Shown in pieces: positions 49,561-59,964 of a stretch of 64,000 bases of DNA (the stretch's first letter is position 1; each line of letters begins with the position of its first letter). The translations under genes and the position numbers were made by a program. The stretch covers positions 2,170,001 through 2,234,000 of the forward strand of contig JAYWIR010000022.1 in assembly GCA_036172245.1 (NCBI GenBank), in the 5' to 3' direction. The notes under the pieces were generated by a model, which worked only from the letters and a program-made list of their open reading frames with translations, was not told the origin of the DNA and searched no databases. This stretch comes from Raillietiella orientalis (Eukaryota).

Positions 49561-51559
49561 TCCCCATTACTCGGAGCCGACCCGTCCTTCCCCGGGAGGG
49601 ACTCGAACCCGCGATGCGCAGTGCCGTGCGCGGAGGAGACTGCAGCGGACTCTGTCCTCTTCGTACCGGTGGCCTTGAAGCCACCCGTTCAGGTCAGCTC
49701 CGGGTCCGTCCCGGTTCAGAAGCATCTCCGCGGTGCCCGACCTCCTAAGGCAGCTCGGGGGAGGCGCCTTCCGTGCCGCTTCTTGTCGCAGCCATCGGAA
49801 TACTAGGGAGCGCCCCACGAGGAGCCCAAGGTCGGCTCCTCAGCTGGACAGGGGGAAGGGAAGGAGGCGACCCCGTTTCAGCGAGTCCCGGGTTCTCCCT
49901 GACGCGTGGGGCGGAGGACCTCTATCGGGCCGGCCGATCTCGCCGAGAATGGCAGCAGTGGGGCCAGCGATCTGCTCCGCGTGGCCTCTGTGCCGCAGAC
50001 GCCCGGAGAAACCCAGAACTCTTCATCTCTCCAGCTCGGCCGCCTCCGGGCACCCGTGGACATCGGTCGGGAGAGCCGCCCGGAACGGAAGTCTTCTGGC
50101 AGGTGCCCACTGAAGGAGAGGATGCCTTCCGAGCAGGGACCATTCCGGACGGGGGGGACGACCCCTTTGAAGAAGATTGATCCCCTGGAAACGTTCCTCC
50201 TTCTCAACCCCATCCATTATAGAAGTTGGTCGTGTACTCCACGGAGAACGGGCGCCACACTAATGGGAAGACCGGCCGATCGATCAGAGTGCGTCTTCAT
50301 CTTCCGTCCGGAGCGGCAGGCGAGTTCATCCGTAGTGACCGTTGCCGGGGATGCATCGACCTCCCCGACAAAGGTCCACACCTCAGCTGTGGGCAGTCCC
50401 TTGGAGCTCTCCTGTCGCTTTCCCACCCAACCGTCTCTGGACTTTCCCGGGATCGTCCGCGTTGATTCAGCTTTTAGAGGAATGTGAGTCGTAGCCACGA
50501 CTTCCGCGGGTGCGACTCTCCCGAGGAGGGTGTTGGTCAAAGAGCCAAAGCTCAGCTCCTCAGCTGGACAGGGAAGAGGGATGGGAAGGAGGCGACCGCG
50601 TTCCAGCGAGTCGCAGGTATTCCCTGAGACACTCGCGCACTTCTCTGGACTCCCCCCTTTTTCCACGCTGCCCATCGCATGAAAATCCTGGCCACCAGGA
50701 TGAAGACGGCGCGCCAGTCGGTCGGGGCAAGCGAGGAGATGGGGGCGTCCAGTAGGGGGAGCTTGGGGCGATGCCTTAGTCTTTTGGCACCCCCGAGCAG
50801 GGAGCTTCGCATGCCGGCCGCGCTGCGCTCCGTGACTACCCGGACAACCCTGCTAGCCTGCCGACCCCGTGACGGGGAGGGAGTCATGCACACCTTCCTG
50901 CCTTCGCCAAGGACGAGAGAAGAAAGGGGGAGAGGAGAGGGTTGCGTTCAACATGGCGTCGCAGAGGGAACCCGCGGTTCCGCGGGAACGGCGACTCGCG
51001 GAGGTGGTGCCTCTTCGATTGCCGCCTCACAGTTCGGTGAGAAACCGGGAGAGGATGCTCGCGATGCTCGCCTCATAATGGCGGTTCCAGAGGTTCGCTC
51101 CGCGAGGAAGCCTCTGCCAGACCCCTTCCGGGGAAGAGACGAAACCGTCAGGGCGAGGGATGCTGCGCGTTTCTTCTTCCGTTCTTCCTCGCTCGAAGCG
51201 GCCCAGAACCAAGAAACAGGGAGGTCGGAAAGCTACCAGCGACCTAGTTGGCCACCCGAGAGGACCAACTCTCACCCTGAAGCTCTTTTTTTCCCCAAGC
51301 CGCCCCCACCCTACCCATGTCGCCCCCAAGGACACTTCCCATGAGAGTGCGTAGGTCTCATCGCCCTCCGCATGGACGAAGCGACCACTCTCTTCTGAAG
51401 TGGGGCCCGAAGATGTTGACCTCTCCGCTGGCCCATCGCCGGGAATAGTACCGCGAGCCTCGGCTGCCTACCGTTGGCGCAACGACCTGCGCCGCTTGGT
51501 GAGCGAAGAGGACGGCCCTTGACAATGCTTCAGATGATCGGCTCGCAGGCGGCCACCCA

Positions 51560-53400
51560 GGGTCACGGCTGACTGATCGGAGTCTCCCCTAGCCAATTCC
51601 TCCTGAAGGGGAGGAGGTCGGTGGACGACCCGCACGCGAGCTGAGCCTGGCCGGAGCCACCTTGGCGCACGAGCTCCTTCGCAGACATCCCGCCCGAGAG
51701 CTAGAGACCCTGGGAGCTCCCGTGGGTAGCGAGGAGGGGAAGGGTAGCAGCAGCAGAGCCCTCATGCGGAGGCTTCTCAAGCTGCCCTCTCCCGGAGGCG
51801 CCCATCCACCTCCGGACACCCAAAGTGCCACGTGCTGCAGAGGTCACGACGGGGCTCCCTCGTTGGCGTCAGCTGGGTAGCAGCAAATCCCACCTCCTGC
51901 TCCCCTGAAACCCTCTCCAGGGAGATACTCTTCCCGCCCGTGACCCAGAGCCCTCGGGGGCTGGTCAGATGTTGAGGTGTCGCCGGATGGCTCGCCTGCA
52001 CCCGCCTCGAACTCGGACGCGATCCGTGGACGCCAGCACCCCCCGCGAGCCATCCCCTCCCCTCTCCACGGCCACTTGCCCGCTGGCTCAGAGTGGTGTT
52101 TGCTCGGACCCGCCACTCCTTGCCCTGAGACCGGCGATGGTAGGGGGGTAGCCCCTCGTTTTCGGCTTTCCGCAGTAGGGCGTCGACTCCCGTCCCTCTG
52201 AGGGTGTGCGAGGGGAGGCGGTGAGAGAGAACCCGGGAAGACCACTCTGGGAGAACGAGGTTAGCGATCCCACCCGGGGAGGCCCTCCAGGTGCCTCCTG
52301 CCTGATCCAGGGGACTAGTGATTGTCGACAGCGTGACCTCGCCCCTCCTGGAGGTGCACCGCTGCCTTTTCTCCGCTGCGCTCAGCCCACGTAACGCCAA
52401 ATGTGGGGGAGGAAGGTCACCTTCCCGAGGCACCGCCCCACCCGCTCTTCCTCTCTCTGAGAGCACCGCGCGGAGGCTCTCCGAGCGGGCAGAAGCTACG
52501 AGAGGATAAAAGGGGAAGTGGAACGGAACTCTACCCCCTCGCAGCACTGGAGGGACCGTCTCCGGTCCCACATGGGGAACACTTTCCCTCTACTCCTTCC
52601 GTTCCCTAGGATGTTGGCAGTCCTTCGAGAGACGGCGTCGTTGGGATCCTCCCCTGCCCTTCCAGTCACGTGAGGGGGCTGTCCCCAACGCACCCTGAGG
52701 GGAGACCCCTGGAGCTTCAGTAGAGCGGCCCACACCTTGCTGCGAGGTCGAGCCCGCAGCGTTCCGGAGTTGCCGGGCGAAAACCCGGTTGAAAAGGTCA
52801 GGTGCACGATGACTCGGATCGCGCAACTGGCGGTTGGGGAAGCGCCGGGGCCCAAGTCCACCCCGGGGAAGAATGGAGCAGCATCTGCTCCGACGGACGT
52901 TCCCGGACCGATCCATCGGCTGCAGCGAGGGGCTGGGGCCTCTGCTTCGGCGGAGCCACCGCGGTCCCCTCCCGCGGAGGATGGTGCTCCCCGCAGGTCG
53001 CCCAGGAGGAAGGGTCTCCCTCGAAGAGAGGATGCAGCATCACAGAGGAGCTCCAGACCTCCTCCGTCTCATCTAGAAAGGGCTATCGGAGTGGGCGCCT
53101 CGCGCTCCCCAACGGCAGCGGGAGCCGCATACGAGCTCGCCCGAGGCAACCGAGACCACGGCGTTTCGCTAGCGACCCTGGGAGGTGCCAGAGTCCAGTC
53201 GGCCATCTTTCCCATGCGATCTCCCTCTCCCTCGCTTCCCCTCTCCCGATGATCAACATGGTGTCGTCCAGTCCACAGGCCTGGCGAGTTTCGCTCCTTC
53301 CCCATCCTTGGGCTGGAAGCCGCTGCCTATGTACACTACGAAGGCGACGAGCTCAGATCTCGTCCGCCTTCTTCGGACGGTTTTTATTTTTTATAAAAAA
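51560..53400 (-). mobile_element. ORF1 relic
   Basis: LKLQGSPLRVRWGQPP.../SKDCQ (~52615-52720) is a degenerate VxYxGQP..C..C...H...C region. Confidence 0.38.
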
Positions 53401-56400
53401 AAACAAAAAAGAAAAAGAAAAAAAAAGCCTTCCGGGTTTTTTCGTCTGGAACTGTTTCGTCTGGCACCTCCTCGAGCTCTCTTCCCAAAGCGAAGAAGCT
53501 GCTGACAGACTCCTGGGGGAACTTCTTTGTCTCGTCTCGGACACCTCCACTTTTCCCGCGCGGAAAGAGAGCGGAAGCTTTTGGAAAAGTTCTACCCTGA
53601 ACCCACAGCCCGCCCGTCCCGCGGCATCCGGTTGCGAAGTTTACCGGATGCCACCCCCCCCCCCCCAGCGCTGCACCGGGGGAGCGCGCCAGGCGCGCAC
53701 CAAGCACGGAACGGTTAGCGCCTTCTCCTAGAGGGGGTGGCTTAAGATACCCTCCTCGATGAGACGCTTCAATCTCACCCCTTCCTACCTGGCTCCCCGC
53801 CGTTAACCGTGTTGATTGCCGTTCTCCCCTCACGCGTGCCTCGTCTTCGGGGGGACTGGGGAGGGGGAAAGAGGGAAAGAAAAAGAAAAGATCTCGGGCT
53901 AAGGGTCTTTCACTCGAACGGGAGAAAACTCGGGAGTGGCTTAAAAGAGGAGGAGGAGCATTCCCGAAAGATTGAGAAGGGACCAGGAATTGATTTTCGG
54001 TTCGAGGCTCGGGGGCCGCGAGCAGCGCTCGAAAGCGAAACCGGTGCGCGCGCCAACGCCGCCCATTCCCCGTTAGCGATGAGGCCGGCGTAGGCCCTCC
54101 GGGAGGGGAACCTGGCGGCGCGCATGCCAGGGAAGACCGCGGAGCGTCGATTTCGACGCGGCCCACGGCCCTTCGGGGGATGGCCCCCCTCGGGGCACAT
54201 TTCGTCCCCCTGCACGTGGGACACCTTCTAAGGGGCGAGCGCACGGGGCAGCGGGAAAATCCCTTCCGCACGTGCGTCCGCAGCGTCCCCCAGTCAGGCC
54301 CAGTCCAGGGCACCCGCGCAGCCCGCCGCAGATCGATGCAGAGTGCGCTGCCAGGTTCGCGCCTGGCCATCCTCGTTCCCCTTCCCGGGCACCGCAGGCC
54401 ACAGGGAAACCGAGCGGCGGGATTCGCGCACTTCCCGGCCGTGCTGTTTGGGCTCGTCTTTACGCGACCATCGTCCGAGCAACCGAAAAGAGAGCGCTGG
54501 TTTCTCGGTCTTCTCCTTCCAGGGAAAGCACAGCTGCTGGAAACTTCCATGAAATAAGATCAGCTCGATTCCTTGATTCCCTGCTCCGGTCCATCACATG
54601 GCAGGCAGGAGGATGTCCATTCCCTAGCGCTCGTATCATTAAGACCAAGGCTCAGCCGGGCGGAGGAGGGTGGCGGAGCATTGCCCCATTGCAATCCCTG
54701 CATCACCGGGGCAAAAAATGATCCTCTCTTGCCAGTAGGCGCAGGAAAATGCTTCGAACAGGAACAGAGAGATTTTTTTTCCCCCCCCCCCCCCCCCCCC
54801 CCGCGTGTGCAGAGGAAGCCCACGGAGAGGGGAGCAAAGTCTCAGCTTTCGCTCTCTGAGGATGGCTTTTTTTAAAGTGGGTTCCCTCGAAAATCTGCAG
54901 CTGGATGCGACGATTCTCAGCGCTCGGTACGAAAACATGCGTTGCACCTGATGATCTGCCCCACATCCGATGCTTTTCGAACCTCGAAGCTCATGTTTGC
55001 TCTTCTGAACGTTACTTTGCAAAAGAAGAAGGTGACGATGAAAGAAAGAAAGAAAGAAAGAAAGAAGAAAAAAAAACAATTCCGTACCCAAACATTCCTT
55101 ATTCAACGCAGCAATTATGCATTCCGAATAATCGTTATCTCCTCATAGTGTGACGTCAGCAACCACGAGTGCGTCATTAAGCCACCCTGGGAGATCTAGA
55201 ACACGTAGAACTTTGAAATCTTGGGGCCCCAATCGCTCAAGAATCGCAGCGTCTTCCTCCACGCCCAAGCACCTTGTGAGGTTCGACTTCTCTTGGCAGG
55301 GAAGCGTTTTCGTGTTCCTGTCAGGAAACGTCAGGTCGGAAGTGAAGGTTCCGCGAATGTGGCTCGCAGTGCAAGAAGAGCTCTTCAGCGGCCATTACTC
55401 GCTGATAAGCTGAGATGACCCCGAGCAAGCTGATTCTGGGCCTCGGATCACGGAACCGATCAGAAAAATCGCCGCAGACCGCGATAATTCCGTGGAAAGA
55501 GAGGGGGGGGGGCAAGGGGGGGAGGGGAGGGGAAGCGCGTCTTTGCGTCCGATCTGCCACGGGCGAAATTTTCGGTTGGCGTGAACCGCGAAGAACCTTC
55601 TCCCGGTGAGGGCGCCGAAAATCTCCTTTCCGTTGAGTCGTTCGGAGCGAAACGCGGGCATCGAGGGGCCCGCTCCTGCGAAGGGCACGCGGAAAGAAGG
55701 CCCTCTCTTCTTGCCTCCTCTCTCTCCCCCCCATTTCCAAACCAAAAGTCCCTCCTCCTGCTTGTCTCCCGAGCCCCGCGCGAAACCGTGACACCGGCTG
55801 GGATGGCTGCTGAACGATGACTCGAGAGTGCTCCAGATGTACTTCCCTCCGACTTCCAGCTCCGTTCGTCCCCTCCACGGAGATTTTTTTTGTTGGCTCT
55901 GTACCGTTCAATCTCCGTACTCGATCTGGCTGAAGAATTCCCTGTTCCAAATCCTCACGTTTCTTCAAGGAGGCCGTAAGCTCTCTCGTAATCAAGATCG
56001 GCCCAGAGTACATTAAAGCGATTACATTGCGAGAGTATGTTTTACTGGGAAGTTTGCAGGATCCCGGAACACTAAGGAACAACAAACAAACAAAATTATT
56101 CCACAGCATCGTCTCCTTTTTTCTTTTCTTTCTTTTTTTTTTTTTGGCACGCGCACAAGCTGATGAATTTATCTGCCCAATAATTGGCAAATTTAGGCGC
56201 AGCTCGGTTTGAATAAGAGCAGCAGCACCGTTTGCTAAGGGGAGCAGAAAATTCGGCTGCTCTTAATCGGATGCAGATTATGCGATCAGGTTCTTCGATA
56301 GGAGCTAATAAATCTCGCAAGGATGATTAGCTGCAGCTTTGCATTTCCGGGAGCTCCAGAGATGATCTGCGAAAGTCTTCGCAGGCATCCCGTCGCAGAG

Positions 56401-56479
56401 GCTCGGACGCGTCCGGCCGGCGAGACCAACGGCCCCCTCCTTCCGCTTCCCCCCACCGGAACACGAGCCCGCTGTTGAT

Positions 56480-57250
56480 TTCCACCCTGGTGCGCCGGAG
56501 TGTTTATTTCAAGAACGAACATATTACAAGAACTGTGTGGTTGGACCAGTGGTATCCAACCACGCACAATTTAATGGAGACCTGCCGCGTCACCGGTTCG
56601 CAGACCGGCGCGGTCCACCACGGCAGCAGAGGGGAGGGGACAAACAAATCGAAAAAGAGAAACAAAAAATAAATATGTTTTAGCAGGTGCGGCAGGGATC
56701 ACTGACTGCTGGTGGCGGTCCCGTCCATCCTCTGTAGGATGTCGTCAGCGTCTTGCTGGATATTCCTTTCCATGCGGGACCATCGCGTTGCTATCCTGAT
56801 GAAAAGGAAGGCGAAGTGGATGGCATCCCTGTCTCTGGGTCCTCCCGTTGCTTTGCTCCAGGCTGCGACGATCCCGCGCAGTCAGCACAGGGCTGCCAGC
56901 AAGGCCGCTGGCCGAAGGACATCGCGAACGAAGAGGGGTTTTAAAGCATCCCTGGAGTTGCCTTTGGGAGTTCCCAGGGCCCCAACAAAGCGTTCCCAGA
57001 GGGGACGGAGGGCAACACAGTCCAATGGCAGGTGGGGGAAGGATTCACGTTCCCCGCACCTGGCACAGTTGGGGTTCACACACACCTCGCGTCCAGTGAT
57101 GACGGCGGGCGTTGCACGGGAGACCCCGGTGCAACAGAAGAAGCGCCGGCTGCCGCTATATCAGGGGGAGGGTGCGGGTGTCCTTGAGCACCGGGGAACC
57201 CGCTGCTGAGGAGCGCTCTAAGTAGATCTCCCCCACGACAATAATAGGAT
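56480..57250 (-). mobile_element. 3' fragment of the same LINE family (zf-RVT, ORF2 C-terminus, 3' UTR)
   Basis: NPNCARCGERESFPHLPLDCVALRPLWERFVGALGTPKGNSRDALKPLFVRDVL aligns closely with the 60.1-60.6 kb copy. The 3' UTR has the same hairpins and an AATAAA (TTTATT at 56503-56508). Confidence 0.82.
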
Positions 57251-58139
57251 GCACGCAGGCAGCCAATCCTCCCGCAGCAACCCGCTCAGATCGGGTCCGC
57301 GGTTCTCTGGGGTGCGGAGGGGGGCTTCACTCCCCTCTCCTCCTTGCCATCCTCCTGCAGCACTGCGTGCCGAGTTTCGAGAGGTGGGTCAGACGCGCAG
57401 CGGGGTCAGCAGCGGTCCGCGGAAAGCCCTTCTGCTTCGCGGTACGTCCAGCTAAAGGAGGTTGAACCTAGGGAGGAAGGAAGAGGGGAAGGGGGCCAAT
57501 CGCGGTGGTAGGAATCGCATGTGGAATGCTGCGGCCGCTGCTGCCGCCTTTCGGCTCCGAAAAATGCGTGGGCGCGTCCTGGGCCGCGCGGAGATACGCC
57601 GCCGAGGCACCGTGCGGCCGATTTCACATGCGGTATTGCGTCTTCGTGCAGCCACTCCAGGGGGAGGGGGAGGAGAGAACGGCAGCGCATTCCTTCAAGT
57701 TTTTTTCTTTTGATTCTTCCTGATTCAAATTACTTCGACAGTGGGTAAAATCCAGCTGTCAGACAGATGAGAGTGATCTTTATAGGAATGCTGCGATCAG
57801 CGGAGCATACGTGGTCAGAGAAGGAAGTAGGTCCTCAAAAATACATAAATAAATACTTCCAGAAAATGAAAAAAAGGAATGATTTGATTAATACGGAATG
57901 CGAACGTGTGTGAGACAGGCTTTTCGTACGAGAACAAGATGGGGGAGTTCGTGGCACGCCGTCGAGTGGAAAGCTTCGCGCCGAAGTGGCGCCAGGGCAC
58001 GCACGTTTCCAGTAGCGAAGAGGGTCACGGACGACTCCTTGGGAGACTGGATTTGGCTACCCCCTGAGGCGTCTGTGATCACTTCTGGTGGCTTATCCCT
58101 GGATCCCCTGCCCCCCCCCCAAAAAAAAAACTGCAACTC

Positions 58140-58440
58140 CTAGCGGCAGTAGGCGGTAGAGCCCTGGGTTGCCACTCTGGAAGTGCGCCAAGAGGAACTT
58201 CGACCACTGCGGAGACTACCATGCAAGCCACTGGGAGATATCCTGCAGGACTGGACGCAGCAATCCCGGGTGGCCGTCATTCCCCTTGCCGAATCACCGT
58301 CTGCTCTCAGGACAAGTGATGACAGCTGCCAGTGATGACGGCGGGGAGGGAGTTGTCCTGCAAAATGAGTTGAGCAAATCCTCGACGGCTGCAAGACGAG
58401 CGCGTTGGTGGACAGCGCCACTCTTCGTTTCCAGGCGAAG
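58140..58440 (-). mobile_element. Small internal fragment of the same LINE family (just before zf-RVT)
   Basis: Shares CCAGTGATGACGGC (minus strand: AVITG) with ~57093 and ~60569. Confidence 0.4.
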
Positions 58441-58469
58441 GGACTCCTTCGGTCGAGTGACCTGCTCGG

Positions 58470-59700
58470 TGTATCACCTGGTCACTCCGGGACATTTATT
58501 ACAAAAATAATAAACATACATGCGTAGGGCCGATGGCCCTACATTGTCAGAAAATGCTCGGAACCTGCCGAGTCACCGGCACGCAGGCCGGCGAGGTTCG
58601 GCTCGTCAGCGGGAGGGAGGGGGAGGGGGACAAAAGAAAATAAAAACAAAACACCTGTTCGGTGTGCCCCACGAAGAACTCGCGATTCCTTCCCTGTGTG
58701 TGCGGACATCCCCGTGTTCCCGTTCCGTTGGAAACGGAACGTTCTGCTGTTTCTGCACTGGGGGGATGCCAGTGCAACCAGCACAGGCACCCGGTTTCCG
58801 AAGAGCTGCCATCCCGAAATCCATTGATGGAGTCGTTCACGCACTTCTCATGTCGGACCGCAGTGCCCTGGAGGACACGTGGCAGAGACCAACCTCGGCG
58901 CTCCTCCACCTGGAGGACACCGACAAGGACTTTCTGAGCGGCGCTCTTTCACGCGTACGAAGACGGGAGCCGCGATCGCAATGACCTGTTGCTCCTCCGC
59001 ACCACCGTCGTCGCTGCCCTCCCCGTGGCGGAGTCTCGTTCGCAGCAGTGAGGGGCGGCCACCCGGATGGCGGCCACCCGAATGGCAGCCACCTCGATGA
59101 GGACGGCCGCATGGTGACCTCATATTCGGGGAAGGGAAGAAGCAGGAGAGATGCGCGACGCCGGTCTGAGACGGTCCGAAGGTAGGGGTCCGCTGTTTCT
59201 GCAGAGGAAGAGGAAAGATGTCCTGCCATAAGGAAGAGATCGCGCCGCCAAAGCGGTCCTGGGGCTGGGTGCACCCGGGAGACGGGATCCGAGGTGTTCC
59301 TCTCCAGGAAGAGGGCCGCGCGAGGATCGCGGTAGAACGCGGAGGTCGCCTCTGGGAAGGATCGTGAGACAACTGGCGCAGAGAGCACGCTCTTCGCGGG
59401 AACAAGCTCGCGAGGCTGAATCTCGTGGACCGGGACGCGGCACTCGGATCCGGAATCCGGCATCGTCCACGGAACACGACCAGGAGGCTGGCGGGAAGCA
59501 CACCTGCGCGGACGGGAAGGCGAGGTTACGCAGGAAGACACCTTCTGCGTCCTCTGCAGCCACCCACCGTCTCCTCCCAGGGGCCGAAAAGCAAGGAGCG
59601 GAAGCACAGACGGTTGTCTTCTGCGGCATCTCCATGTTCGCTCCTCTCAGAGGTCGCGGAGATCGGCATCCCCTGACCTAGGAGCGAACTACTCCTCCTC
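58470..59700 (-). mobile_element. LINE relic ending in the family 3' UTR module
   Basis: 58472-58660 reproduces the 3' UTR architecture: hairpin 1 at 58561-58599, hairpin 2 at 58524-58542, then AATAAATGTCCCGGAGTGACCAGG. The upstream extent is poorly defined. Confidence 0.6.
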
Positions 59701-59964
59701 AGCTCAGGGATGCTTGGACGCCAGCAGCCGGTACCCCCGCACGAGAGCGTCGCTGACGCCGCGGTCTCGCCTGCTGCCGATGAGGGAGCGCGTGCAAGAG
59801 CTTTACACACGCGATGGGGCTTCGGCTGCCAGGAGACCGTCCCATCGCTAGCTGATGCCTTCCGCTGGCCGGCAGGACGATGCTGCGGTTTCGTCTTCCC
59901 TCCTTTGGAGGGGAAGGCAGCCTGGCCCTCTCGGTTCTTCCCCTCTGGATCCCGTGTGACCCGA

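Noticed and set aside
53384..54550. 388-aa ORF (likewise 8077-9228, 13747-14814, 42744-43823)
   Set aside because: Stop-poor GC-rich sequence running through homopolymer tracts. No coherent domain.
54781..54802. Long poly-C/poly-G runs as specific G-quadruplex elements
   Set aside because: Homopolymer runs are ubiquitous in the flanks and nothing singles this one out.
56580..56620. HDV-like or hammerhead ribozyme in the LINE UTR
   Set aside because: Folds as a simple hairpin. I could not build the double pseudoknot or find a CUGAUGA...GAAA core with flanking stems.
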